In this document: in pieces, positions 7,875-16,660 of the stretch
Layout of the letters: each line of letters opens with the position of its first letter
How positions within the stretch are numbered: the stretch's first letter is position 1
NCBI GenBank assembly: GCA_049586675.1
Contig: JBAVCL010000007.1
Span: 14,573 to 78,572 of the forward strand
Direction of reading: 5' to 3'
DNA from: Dehalococcoidia bacterium
GTDB lineage: Bacteria; Chloroflexota; Dehalococcoidia; GIF9; AB-539-J10
Length of the DNA: 64,000 nt
Program-made: the position numbers and the translations under genes
The notes under the pieces: model-generated
Seen by the model: the letters and a program-made list of their open reading frames with translations, nothing else
Databases searched by the model: none
Told to the model about the DNA's origin: nothing

Positions 7875-10800
7875 TTAGGATTTGGGATTTGCCTTTTTGA
7901 TTGCCAAAGAGACCTCACTATTTGAGATGCGGTGTTTCTCACTATAAGCCCCGTCAGGAGGCAGACCATCGATAAGCTCTTGAGATAAGGTCTCTTGCTT
8001 AATATAACTGGCAAAAGTATCCATCACTTGCTTGATGAGTGGTTCTCTCGTCTGGTAATAGGTGATGATATGGTCTGTAATGTTAAGCTTGGCATTACGA
8101 CGCATATTTTGAAGATAACGCACAAGCTCCCTGCTTATTCCCTCAGCAATTAACTCTGGAGTTAGTTCAGTGCTTATGGCTACCCGACACCTAGCCTCTC
8201 CAACCACGCTGTAACCCGGCATGTCTGAAGGAAATTCCTTTCGTCCTTTTGCTCCACTTAATATGACCAGTTGCTTAATATTTATCTCTTCTATTACTTC
8301 AGTAGCTAAGTTCTCTAAAGCTTTTTTCTCCTGTTCTGTCTCTACCCCGACTACAGCTTTACCCAATGGCTGGCGCACTTTAATCCCCGCCTTAGCCCGT
8401 GCCGCCCTGCCTAAGCTAGATATTTCCATAGCTAGCTCAACATGGCTGTTCAGCTCGTCATTGATTTTGGTCTCATCCGCTATAGGGAAATCAGTTAGAT
8501 GAACACTTTCTCTAGCTTGTGGATTAATAGAGCGAAACAAATTCTGATAAAGCTCTTCAGCAACAAATGGCACAAAGGGAGCTAACAATTGAGATAAAGT
8601 CACCAGACATTGATATAGTGTAGTATATGCGGCCAATTTATCGGCGTCGTTCTCGCTTTTCCAGAACCGGCGGCGGTTTCTTCTCACATACCAGTTAGAG
8701 AGATTATCTATAAATACCTCAATCCTACGCGTTGCCGAAGTAGGATTGTAACTATCCATCAATTTGGAAACCTCACTTACAAGGCGATTAAGTTCAGAAA
8801 TAATCCAATTATCCAGCTCCGTGAAAGCTTTGGGCTGCTCGCTATCAGCCGTCAATGGCTGAGGAACAAAGCAATCGATATTGGCATAAAGGGTAAAAAA
8901 TGAATATGTATTCCACAAAGTAAGGAGAAATTTTCGTATCGTCTCTTCAAGCATCTTAGTGGAGAAACGGTGGTTATCTTCTCCTGGAGTAGAAACCAGC
9001 ATATACCACCTTAGAGCATCGGCACCATAATTATTAATCACAGCCCAGGGATCGACTACGTTGCCCTTAGACTTGCTCATTTTCTCACCCTGCGCATCGA
9101 CAACGTGCGCTAAGCAGATGACATTCTTAAAGCAAGGACGATTGAAAAGTAGAGTAGATATGGCATGTAAGCTGTAAAACCAGCCCCTGGTCTGGTCCAC
9201 AGCCTCGCAAATAAAATCGGCGGGAAAATTCTGTTTAAACTTATCTTCATTCTCGAAGGGATAATGCCACTGAGCTACGGGCATAGCTCCGGAGTCAAAC
9301 CAAGCATCAATTACCTCGGGAACACGTTGCATCCTGCCGTGGCATTTGGGACAGGCAAATGTTATTTCATCTACGTAAGGGCGATGTAGATCCAAGGGCG
9401 TGGTGAAGCCGCTGAGACTTGACTGCGCCCTTAATTCGTCTACACTGCCAACACACTCACAATTGTCACAGGAAGAACAGTGCCAAATGTTGAGCGGAGT
9501 CCCCCAATACCTCTCCCTGGAAAAAGCCCAATCCACGTTGTTCTCCAGCCAATCGCCAAAACGACCATGCTTAATATAATCAGGGTACCAGTTTATCTGG
9601 GTATTGCCCGAGATAAGTTCTTCTTTCACTGCTGTCGTCCTGACATACCAAGCTGGTTTAGCATAGTAGAGAAGAGGTGTTTCACACCTCCAGCAAAAGG
9701 GGTAGGTATGAATAATCTTCGCGCTGCGGCAAAGCAAACCACGCGATTTAAGGTTATCGAGGATAAGAGGGTCAGCATCTTTAACAAACTTGCCAGCAAA
9801 GGGATAGGTGCCGATAACCCTACCCTCCAAATCCACAGGTTGAACGAAATCAAGCCTATTGCTCATCCCAATATCAAAGTCAATCTCTCCAAAAGCCGGA
9901 GCAATATGAACTATACCGGTGCCTTCATCCAAGGAGACGAAATCAGCGCCGATTACAGAATAGGTTAAGTTTTCTCTTGCCTCCTCCACGCGCAGTGTTG
10001 GCAAGTTCAGACGCTGCACAGCAAAATTATGAGGATTAAATAAAGGCTCATATTCAAGATGCACAAGGTCTTCGCCTAAAACAACTCCTAAGGCTGTGTA
10101 CCCCTTCAAACCAACCCTATCTACAAGCATTGTGGCTAGAATGAGATAATCTTGGTCACTTTCCATCACACTATACTCAGCATGAGGAGCAACCGCCAAA
10201 GCCGTATTGCCGGGCAGTGTCCACGGTGTTGTAGTCCAAGCCAAGAGAAATGCCGGTTTATTTAATATATGGGAAGGCGAGAGAAAGGAATGGAGCCGTG
10301 TTCCTTTCTCAATTGAACCGAGTGCAAGTTTAAACTTTATATAAACCGACGGATCTTCAGCATCATCTCGGTAACCCTGAGCTACTTCGTGAGAGCTGAG
10401 AGATGTGCCACATCTAGGACAATGCGGTGTTACTTTATAGCCCTGATAAATCAAGCCCTTGTCCCACAGCTGTTTTATTATCCACCAGCAGGATTCAATA
10501 TAGTTATTGTCTAAGGTTATATAGGGATGCGCCATGTCTAGCCAGTACCCAAGGCGCTCAGTCATAGCTTCCCATTCCTTAATATACTTGAAGGCGCTTT
10601 GGCGGCAACGTTCATTGAATCGAGCCAGCCCATATTCCTCAATTTGAGCCTTACTGGTGAGGGCAAGAGAGCTTTCCACCTCCAACTCAACAGGTAAGCC
10701 GTGGGTATCCCACCCGGCCTTTCGGGGCACATGATAACCCTTCATCGTCTTGTACCGGCAAACAGCGTCTTTATATAGACGAGAAAGCACATGGTGAACT

Positions 10801-10964
10801 CCAGGGCTACCATTAGCTGTGGGTGGACCTTCGTAGAAAGCATAATGCGGCCCCCGTTCTCTGATCTTGATGCTTTTACTAAAAATTTCGTGCTCTCTCC
10901 AGAAGCGAAGGATATCTTCTTCCAGTTGAACAAAGTTAATCTTACTACTAACTTCTCGGAACAT
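7875..10964 (-). CDS. ileS: isoleucyl-tRNA synthetase (type 2)
   Basis: 1029-aa ORF with PPTANGSPGVHH (HIGH region), KMSKSKGN and Cys-rich zinc motifs (CPRCGT, CWRCETP). Confidence 0.93.
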   Translation of the reverse strand: MFREVSSKINFVQLEEDILRFWREHEIFSKSIKIRERGPHYAFYEGPPTANGSPGVHHVLSRLYKDAVCRYKTMKGYHVPRKAGWDTHGLPVELEVESSLALTSKAQIEEYGLARFNERCRQSAFKYIKEWEAMTERLGYWLDMAHPYITLDNNYIESCWWIIKQLWDKGLIYQGYKVTPHCPRCGTSLSSHEVAQGYRDDAEDPSVYIKFKLALGSIEKGTRLHSFLSPSHILNKPAFLLAWTTTPWTLPGNTALAVAPHAEYSVMESDQDYLILATMLVDRVGLKGYTALGVVLGEDLVHLEYEPLFNPHNFAVQRLNLPTLRVEEARENLTYSVIGADFVSLDEGTGIVHIAPAFGEIDFDIGMSNRLDFVQPVDLEGRVIGTYPFAGKFVKDADPLILDNLKSRGLLCRSAKIIHTYPFCWRCETPLLYYAKPAWYVRTTAVKEELISGNTQINWYPDYIKHGRFGDWLENNVDWAFSRERYWGTPLNIWHCSSCDNCECVGSVDELRAQSSLSGFTTPLDLHRPYVDEITFACPKCHGRMQRVPEVIDAWFDSGAMPVAQWHYPFENEDKFKQNFPADFICEAVDQTRGWFYSLHAISTLLFNRPCFKNVICLAHVVDAQGEKMSKSKGNVVDPWAVINNYGADALRWYMLVSTPGEDNHRFSTKMLEETIRKFLLTLWNTYSFFTLYANIDCFVPQPLTADSEQPKAFTELDNWIISELNRLVSEVSKLMDSYNPTSATRRIEVFIDNLSNWYVRRNRRRFWKSENDADKLAAYTTLYQCLVTLSQLLAPFVPFVAEELYQNLFRSINPQARESVHLTDFPIADETKINDELNSHVELAMEISSLGRAARAKAGIKVRQPLGKAVVGVETEQEKKALENLATEVIEEINIKQLVILSGAKGRKEFPSDMPGYSVVGEARCRVAISTELTPELIAEGISRELVRYLQNMRRNAKLNITDHIITYYQTREPLIKQVMDTFASYIKQETLSQELIDGLPPDGAYSEKHRISNSEVSLAIKKANPKS

Positions 10965-11042
10965 AGCTAAATCAACCCCAATAAATCTGGCCTAAATGCT
11001 AACTAGATACCCAAGAAAATCGCAAGATTTCCTTCGGTTAGT

Positions 11043-11699
11043 TTAACCCTGTCTCAGTGAAATAACCACCTTTCTATTCTCACCATCACCTATGCTCTGA
11101 GTTGTTACATCGGGATTATCAGCCAAAGTTAAGTGAACAATACGGCGTTCGTCGGCAGGCATTGGCTCCATAGTTATAGCACGGCGTCTTGATTTCACCT
11201 GCTCAGCTAGATATAGAGCCAGTTTTTGCAAGGAATCGTGACGGTGTTTTTTATACCCCGCGACATCAACGCTTAATGGCAGCCAAGCCTTTAACTGTCC
11301 AGCTACCATAAGTTTGGTAATATATTCCAAGGCAGCTAGGGTCTGACCTTGCCGCCCAATCAAGATACCCAAATCGTCACCCTTGATATTCAAAGCTAAA
11401 GGTATCTCATCGGATAGCATTTCAACCTTGCCTATTACACCCAGTAATTTAAGCAACGTATTTAAAACTTCAGTGGCTACCTTGACCACATCCCTTTCGA
11501 CAGGCTCAGGGCCGGCCTTTTTCGGCGGAGTTATCGGACTCACCCTAATCACAGCCTCTCTGCCTCCCACTCCTAAAATTCCTGGTCTCCCCTCTCTAAT
11601 AACCTCCACCTCAAATTGGTCGCGGCTTAGCCCGAGCTGTGCCTCTGCTTGCTCTATCGCCTGTTCTACTGTCGCAGCTGTTATCTCAATCTTTTCCAT
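11043..11699 (-). CDS. jag: Jag/KhpB RNA-binding protein (KH + R3H domains)
   Basis: KH motif GRQGQTLAALEYI and R3H motif ERRIVHLTLAD. Start set at the ATG (MEKIEI) behind GAAGGGAAA. Lies downstream of yidC as in the canonical operon. Confidence 0.8.
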   Translation of the reverse strand: MEKIEITAATVEQAIEQAEAQLGLSRDQFEVEVIREGRPGILGVGGREAVIRVSPITPPKKAGPEPVERDVVKVATEVLNTLLKLLGVIGKVEMLSDEIPLALNIKGDDLGILIGRQGQTLAALEYITKLMVAGQLKAWLPLSVDVAGYKKHRHDSLQKLALYLAEQVKSRRRAITMEPMPADERRIVHLTLADNPDVTTQSIGDGENRKVVISLRQG

Positions 11700-11767
11700 A
11701 GTCCGATTTCCCTTCAGCAATTTGCTTTATTGCCAGCACAATTTGCGATCGCATCTATAATGCTAGT

Positions 11768-12529
11768 TCATTTTTCCTTCACTGGTGTTGACTGAAATGG
11801 AGAACGGAATTTAAGGTAACCCCAGCCACCAGTGAAGAAATATTGAGTTACAATGCCAATTATATTGGAAACTGCCCAATAGAGAGCCAAACCACTGGGG
11901 AACATCAAAGTTAAGAAGCCGAACATGATGGGCATCATCAGCAACATCATCCTGCTTGTGGACTCTTGCCTTGGGTCAACGGATGGTGCTTGGGTCATCT
12001 TTTGCTGTACCCACATTGTGCCACCAACTATGATAGCTAAAATCCAATAGGGGTCAGGTCGTCCTAAATCGAGCCATAAAAATTTACTGCTCAACGGAAT
12101 TGCTTGACTTATTATGTCCCAGGAGTAAAGTCGCTGGGCTAAATTAAGTAAGTTCTCCGGCGTGGTAGCCAGAGCATTCATAATGGCTTGATAGAGAGCA
12201 ATCCAGATAGGAAACTGAACCAACATGGGCCATAAGCAGCCGAGAGGGTTTACCCCAGCTTCCCTATAAAGCTTCATCATTTCTTGCTGAAGCTTTTGCT
12301 GATTTTTGCCATATTTCTTTTGCAATTCTTGAATCTTCGGCTGCATATCCTGCAAAGCCTTAGTGGAATTAAGCTGGCGCTTGCTAAGAGGCCAGGTGAC
12401 TAGACGCACGATAATGGTAAGGGCAATGATGGCTAAGCCAAAACTACCACCTAAAATATGGCTCAAGGCAATCAGCACATTAAGTACTGGGTTACCTATA
12501 ATTAAATTCCATACTTCCATGGGATGCAA
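11768..12529 (-). CDS. yidC: membrane protein insertase YidC (short, monoderm type)
   Basis: 253-aa polytopic ORF with the conserved KMQxLQPxxxELQKKY-like segment (KALQDMQPKIQELQKKYGKNQQKLQQEMMKLY). Start uncertain: TTG at 12529 or ATG at 12520. Confidence 0.85.
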   Translation of the reverse strand: MHPMEVWNLIIGNPVLNVLIALSHILGGSFGLAIIALTIIVRLVTWPLSKRQLNSTKALQDMQPKIQELQKKYGKNQQKLQQEMMKLYREAGVNPLGCLWPMLVQFPIWIALYQAIMNALATTPENLLNLAQRLYSWDIISQAIPLSSKFLWLDLGRPDPYWILAIIVGGTMWVQQKMTQAPSVDPRQESTSRMMLLMMPIMFGFLTLMFPSGLALYWAVSNIIGIVTQYFFTGGWGYLKFRSPFQSTPVKEK

Positions 12530-12532
12530 CCA

Positions 12533-13687
12533 TCACTTTTCAGTAGCCAAGGAAAACTTCCAACTTACTTCCCCTTTATCAATATCCACAACATATATCC
12601 AGTTATCTTCACCTCGAATATAAACTAGACCTTCTTCAGCACAAAAAGAACTTTTAACGTCAGCACCAATCGAGATAGTCTTCAAAGGCACTGTCTCATC
12701 CCCAAGCTCGGCGCTGAGGTCAAAAACATATACAGTGCCTGATTCATCAGTTACTATTAATAGATTATCCATCAAAACAGGTGGGGAAACTATAGGGTCT
12801 CCAGCATCAAATTCCCACAATTTTGCTCCTGTTTCTGCTTCAATGGCATAAAGTTTGCCATCGAGACAGCCAGCATAGACAATACCTTCATGGACTATAG
12901 GAGACGCCCAGAACCAATTACCGGCGGGGTTCTCCTGGGGAAATTTCCACATTGGCACATCACTACCTATTTTTACGTCATAAAGATGGCGGTCAAACGA
13001 ACCCAAAAATATAGTATCAGTATCTTTGTCAATCGCTGGTGAAGAAGCAAAGCCTGCCTGTGATTCAAACGACCAGTTCAATAACTCGCCCGTTTCCACC
13101 GATAAAGCGTAGATATGACCATCGAAAGTGCTGACATAGAGAGTATCACCCTGAATTACTGGGGACGTCCACAGCTTTTCAGCGAGAACAGGAATATCTT
13201 CTCGCTTCCAATTCTCATCACCAGTTCCTTTATCTAGAGAGTAGACCCTACCATTCGAACTGGCTACATATAAGGCATCCTCACTCATTGCCAGCTCAGC
13301 TACTATAGCATTGCTTTTTGCGTTCTCTATGGGACAATCCCACTCCCATTCACCATACTTTTTCTGAGGAAACGTCAAATTCTGGCTTCTAGCCAGCGTG
13401 CTCAATGCCAGAACCTGGCCACTATAAGTGCCAACGTAAACTAAATCGCCATCCACTATCGGTGTGGTATATATAGCAGTATTAATAGAGTAATCCCATT
13501 GTGGACTTTGAGTCGATGAATTTATCGCTACTACCCGGCCATCCCTGGAGCCAACATAAATGATGCCATCATGAACCGTGGGCCCCGACCATCCTCCTAT
13601 TGGCTGAGCTGTTCCAGGAATACAGGAAACCAGGACCAAGGGCAAAAGAGCAATTACAACGAGGAACAATATCTTTGGTTGCTTCAT
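12533..13687 (-). CDS. PQQ-like (BamB-like) 8-bladed beta-propeller lipoprotein
   Basis: Signal peptide with lipobox LVSC. Eight repeats of the pattern xxxVYVGSxDGxVYALxxxTGxxxW. Start set at ATG MKQPKILF. Confidence 0.7.
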   Translation of the reverse strand: MKQPKILFLVVIALLPLVLVSCIPGTAQPIGGWSGPTVHDGIIYVGSRDGRVVAINSSTQSPQWDYSINTAIYTTPIVDGDLVYVGTYSGQVLALSTLARSQNLTFPQKKYGEWEWDCPIENAKSNAIVAELAMSEDALYVASSNGRVYSLDKGTGDENWKREDIPVLAEKLWTSPVIQGDTLYVSTFDGHIYALSVETGELLNWSFESQAGFASSPAIDKDTDTIFLGSFDRHLYDVKIGSDVPMWKFPQENPAGNWFWASPIVHEGIVYAGCLDGKLYAIEAETGAKLWEFDAGDPIVSPPVLMDNLLIVTDESGTVYVFDLSAELGDETVPLKTISIGADVKSSFCAEEGLVYIRGEDNWIYVVDIDKGEVSWKFSLATEK

Positions 13688-13694
13688 TCTATAA

Positions 13695-13904
13695 CTAAGG
13701 TACTGGGTCGTAGCCACCTTTGGAGAAGGGATTACATCGAGCTATCCTCTTGGCTGCCAGCCAGCTACCTCGGGCAAACCCATATTTTTTGATTGCCTCA
13801 AGTGCATAATGAGAGCATGTGGGCTGGAAACGACAAACATGGGGGAGAACCCTCGACACTGTGTTCTGGTACAATCTAATTAACCCTAGAGCTAATTCAT
13901 TCAC
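13695..13904 (-). CDS. yidD: membrane protein insertion efficiency factor YidD
   Basis: 69-aa ORF with [19 protein letters not shown] and [17 protein letters not shown] start overlaps the rnpA stop. Confidence 0.85.
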   Translation of the reverse strand: MNELALGLIRLYQNTVSRVLPHVCRFQPTCSHYALEAIKKYGFARGSWLAAKRIARCNPFSKGGYDPVP

Positions 13905-14239
13905 TCGTTGCTTTCCAACAACTGTGCCCGAGCTAAGAGTTTGGCTACTGCCCTCTCTAGCTGGTGATAGTCAGTATTGACTGCTGTAGACCGAGCAATG
14001 AAGACAATGTCCCATCCAGGCCTTAGTGATTGCAGCCTCATTATTTCCCGGAGTAACCTTTTTAAGCGATTACGGTGCACCGCCTTACCTACTTTTTTGG
14101 TCACGGAAAAACCATATCGGCTTAGACTTAAGCCATTGGGCATCGCCTTCATCACTAGTAAGCTATTTGCCCATACTTTGCCTTGTTGATAAACCAAAGT
14201 ATATTGGGCTCTATTAGTTAAAGATTGAGGCTCCTTCAC
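13901..14239 (-). CDS. rnpA: ribonuclease P protein component
   Basis: 112-aa basic ORF with the RNR motif [14 protein letters not shown]. Lies directly downstream of rpmH. Confidence 0.85.
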   Translation of the reverse strand: MKEPQSLTNRAQYTLVYQQGKVWANSLLVMKAMPNGLSLSRYGFSVTKKVGKAVHRNRLKRLLREIMRLQSLRPGWDIVFIARSTAVNTDYHQLERAVAKLLARAQLLESNE

Positions 14240-14248
14240 AGGATAGAG

Positions 14249-14389
14249 TTAAACTGGAGTTAGCCTATACCTCCCCTTAAGACGTCTTGCTTTAAGAACT
14301 CGTCTTCCACCTCGAGTAGCCGTCCTAGCGCGGAAACCTAAGCTGCGCCTCCGGGGAATTTTCTTTGGTTGATAAGTCCGCTTTGGCAT
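14249..14389 (-). CDS. rpmH: 50S ribosomal protein L34
   Basis: Hand-translated 46-aa [49 protein letters not shown]. Missing from the ORF track because it is under 60 aa. Confidence 0.9.
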   Translation of the reverse strand: MPKRTYQPKKIPRRRSLGFRARTATRGGRRVLKARRLKGRYRLTPV

Positions 14390-14392
14390 TCT

Positions 14393-14722
14393 TCAACCTG
14401 TCGAACGGGATAGGCCGACGCCTCCTGTTTTCCAAATATGGCTTGGTGCGTCCGGTAACATAGCGAGATAACGGGCCCTCTTTATAGCTTGTGCTAAGCT
14501 TCTTTGATGTTTAGCACAGGTTCTGCTCCTCCGCCGCGACACAATCTTACCCTGACTGGAAATATAGTGAGATAACACAGAAACATCTTTATAATCGATT
14601 TTCATACGACTCTTGCAAAAGGGACAGATTGCTGGCCTGGTGACGAAGTTCCTCGTACCTCTTACTCTTCCAGTAGTAGCTACTCTTCCACTATTAGCAA
14701 CTCTTCCAGTAGTATTAGCCAA
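14393..14722 (-). CDS. rpsR: 30S ribosomal protein S18 with N- and C-terminal extensions
   Basis: Core CPFCKSRMKIDYKDVSVLSHYISSQGKIVSRRRSRTCAKHQRSLAQAIKRARYLAMLP. TTG start lies 8 nt behind an AAGGAG inside the ssb 3' end. Confidence 0.85.
   Translation of the reverse strand: MANTTGRVANSGRVATTGRVRGTRNFVTRPAICPFCKSRMKIDYKDVSVLSHYISSQGKIVSRRRSRTCAKHQRSLAQAIKRARYLAMLPDAPSHIWKTGGVGLSRSTG
14659..14712. repeat. three tandem 18-nt repeats encoding TGRVAN/SGRVAT/TGRVRG at the S18 N-terminus
   Basis: (t/a)actcttcc recurs at 14663, 14681 and 14699, an 18-nt period, on the plus strand. Confidence 0.6.
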
Positions 14723-14725
14723 ATT

Positions 14726-15139
14726 TTATTCTCCTTTATTTTCGTCAAATGGTAAATCTTCAGGCTCAAGCTCTCCCTCTTCAGGAAGAGCCGCCGGAGC
14801 TCGCCTACCAAGGAAAAGTACGCGGTCCGCAGTCACCTCAAGGCTAGTGCGCATCTGCCCGTCTTGTCCTTCCCAACTGCGAGCATGCAATCTTCCCTCA
14901 ACGTAAACTTGTCTCCCCTTGCTTAAAAATTGATTGCACTGCTCAGCTTGCTTGCCCCAAACGCTAACTTTAAACCAGTCCGTTTCTTCCTTGCTCTCTC
15001 CGGCAGAGGTAGTGTAACGACGACTAGTAGCCATACGAAAGGAGGTAACTGCTTTTCCATTAGGTGTATACCTCATCTCTGGATCAGAACCTAAATTGCC
15101 CACAAGTATTACTTTGCTTAAGCCTGCCATATCAGTCAC
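14726..15139 (-). CDS. ssb: single-stranded DNA-binding protein
   Basis: OB-fold N-terminus VILVGNLGSDPEMRYTPNG, acidic tail containing DLPF, and position between rpsF and rpsR. Confidence 0.9.
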   Translation of the reverse strand: MTDMAGLSKVILVGNLGSDPEMRYTPNGKAVTSFRMATSRRYTTSAGESKEETDWFKVSVWGKQAEQCNQFLSKGRQVYVEGRLHARSWEGQDGQMRTSLEVTADRVLFLGRRAPAALPEEGELEPEDLPFDENKGE

Positions 15140-15419
15140 TAACCTTTACCACAAGATATCGCAGGATGTCCCCCGAAGCGCCAATTTCTCTTTCAAGTTC
15201 CTTAACCGATTTGGGCATTAACTTAAAGCGAGCTAGAATATAGTCAGCTTCCATAAATTTCCTTACAGGGTAAGCTAGCTTTCTCTTCCCCCAATTTTTT
15301 GTCTCTTCCACTGCACCACCACGGCTATTAATGGACTGAGTCACCTTGTCGACAATTTTAGACACGCCCTCTTCATCAACTTCGGGACTAATCATAGCCA
15401 CCAGTTCATAATCATGCAT
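15132..15419 (-). CDS. rpsF: 30S ribosomal protein S6
   Basis: 95-aa ORF MHDYELVAMISPEV...WGKRKLAYPV. Overlaps the ssb start by 8 nt. Confidence 0.9.
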   Translation of the reverse strand: MHDYELVAMISPEVDEEGVSKIVDKVTQSINSRGGAVEETKNWGKRKLAYPVRKFMEADYILARFKLMPKSVKELEREIGASGDILRYLVVKVSD

Positions 15420-15425
15420 GTCTAG

Positions 15426-15454
15426 ATTTTATACCACAGGGAATAAAATGGCAA
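15426..15454 (-). promoter_or_regulatory. putative sigma-70-type promoter of the rpsF block, possibly giving a leaderless mRNA
   Basis: On the minus strand: TTGCCA (15454-15449), a 17-nt spacer, TAAAAT (15431-15426), then 6 nt (ctagac), then the rpsF ATG. No Shine-Dalgarno is present. Confidence 0.35.
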
Positions 15455-15476
15455 CAAGGTGTACTCGTTCATATGA

Positions 15477-15660
15477 TTAGTGACACATTTTTATCACTGA
15501 GAGGAGCCTTTTCCTTTCGTCTTTGCGAGGAGCATAGCGACGAAGCAATCTCGGTGGATTTGGGGCGGGGAATGAGATTGCCACGTCCCGACAAGTCGGG
15601 GCTCGCAATGACACATAAGGTTATTATCCAATGTTGCAAAAATATTATAAAGTGTCACTA
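15477..15660. mobile_element. MITE-like palindromic element, copy 1 (184 bp)
   Basis: Terminal inverted repeats ttagtgacac (15477-15486) and gtgtcacta (15652-15660). Internal core ctttgcgaggagc...cgaagcaatctc with its inverse gagattgcc...ctcgcaatgaca. Confidence 0.55.
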
Positions 15661-15798
15661 GTCTATCTGAACTAGATCACAAGGTGTGCTGGCTGACCAC
15701 ATGGGTAATACTTACCCCAAATTCAATTTCCGTCTAAGTGGGGTCCCATGTAAAAGAGCGAAGCGAATTTTTCATGGGGTACTAATAAAGTTTTGCTC

Positions 15799-16422
15799 TC
15801 ATCTCTTGGTTGCTCGCACAATCTTAGCGATTACGGGAGTAATATCCTGCGAGGTATCAACAACAAAATGATTGCGCGAAATTTTTTCCCTGCGAGGCTT
15901 CATTTTATTATACACTTCCCAGCCGGCTTCCGAGTCATACTGAGACATGGCTGCTTTTTCTCGGGCCAGAAGGCGTTGCCGCACCACTTCGGTGGGAGCT
16001 TCAACCCAGACCAGGATGAGCTTTGTCCCGGCTCTTTCGGCAGCGCGGTAGAGATATTCTCGGTGGTGCTCCAACAGGTTTGTGGCATCAAAAATGATAG
16101 GTATTCCCTTCCTTAAAAGGTATTCGATGAGAACATGGCAAGCAGAGAAAAGCCGCTTATTTTCATTTTCTTGATACTGGGGGGAGGGGAATAGGATTTT
16201 TCGCAAAGCATCGCTGGCTAAGATGAGAAAAGACAACCTTTCCGCCAGCTTGCGACAGAAAAAAGACTTACCCGTGCCTGGCAAGCCACTGACCACGATA
16301 AGCGGAGGCTCTACCTGGGGTTGAGGTAAGCCATTAAGGCTTTGCCTTAATTTCTCTACATCTTCATCTAAGCTACCTGCCATAACATCACAATTATCAC
16401 CATGGGTCAGCTTACGTGTCAA
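15799..16422 (-). CDS. P-loop kinase-like ATPase (AAA_33 / zeta-gluconate kinase-like)
   Basis: Walker A motif GLPGTGKS and Walker B-like IIFDATN. About 200 aa. Start uncertain: TTG at 16422 or ATG at 16383. Confidence 0.65.
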   Translation of the reverse strand: MTRKLTHGDNCDVMAGSLDEDVEKLRQSLNGLPQPQVEPPLIVVSGLPGTGKSFFCRKLAERLSFLILASDALRKILFPSPQYQENENKRLFSACHVLIEYLLRKGIPIIFDATNLLEHHREYLYRAAERAGTKLILVWVEAPTEVVRQRLLAREKAAMSQYDSEAGWEVYNKMKPRREKISRNHFVVDTSQDITPVIAKIVRATKR

Positions 16423-16444
16423 GATGCTGTCTTCGTTCAGTACC

Positions 16445-16600
16445 TTAGTGATACTTCTTTTTTTGTCATTGTGAGGAGCGGTAGCGACGAAGCAATCTCT
16501 AAGCGAGGTTCCTCAGTCCAACTATAGCAGGCTCCAGCTTCGCAATGAGATTGCCACGCCGACAAATCAAGGTTCGCAATGACAGTGTGGGTGTCGCGTT
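16445..16600. mobile_element. MITE-like palindromic element, copy 2 (degenerate right end)
   Basis: Left end ttagtgatac has one mismatch. Core gtcattgtgaggagcggtagcgacgaagcaatctc ... gagattgccacgcc ... ttcgcaatgaca. Right end gtgtcgcgtt is degenerate. Confidence 0.5.
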
Positions 16601-16660
16601 GGGTATTGAACTGTATCTTGGGGAATGACCGTCAGGCGCACCGCTATGCAGGCTTCGAGC

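Noticed and set aside
7831-7892. GGATTTGGGAATTTGAATTTTGGAATTTC-type short repeats here and at 39841-39862, considered as a possible mini-CRISPR or binding array.
   Set aside because: There are only two or three irregular units of low-complexity (GATTT/GAATTT)n sequence, with no spacer structure. They are probably AT-rich intergenic filler that happens to supply the last codons of ileS and the first codons of ispD.
14240-15480. Replication origin next to rpmH.
   Set aside because: rpmH is preceded by rpsR rather than dnaA. I saw no dnaA gene, no cluster of TTATCCACA-like boxes and no AT-rich unwinding element in the window.
15473-15661. ORFs at 15473-15661, 26002-26199 (N-terminal part of the 146-aa ORF) and 50059-50250.
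   Set aside because: They are read-throughs of the MITE-like repeats, giving peptides such as CEEHSDEAIS, VILSEAKNLRDSS and SLRAEGVAIFGDCFG. They are not genes.
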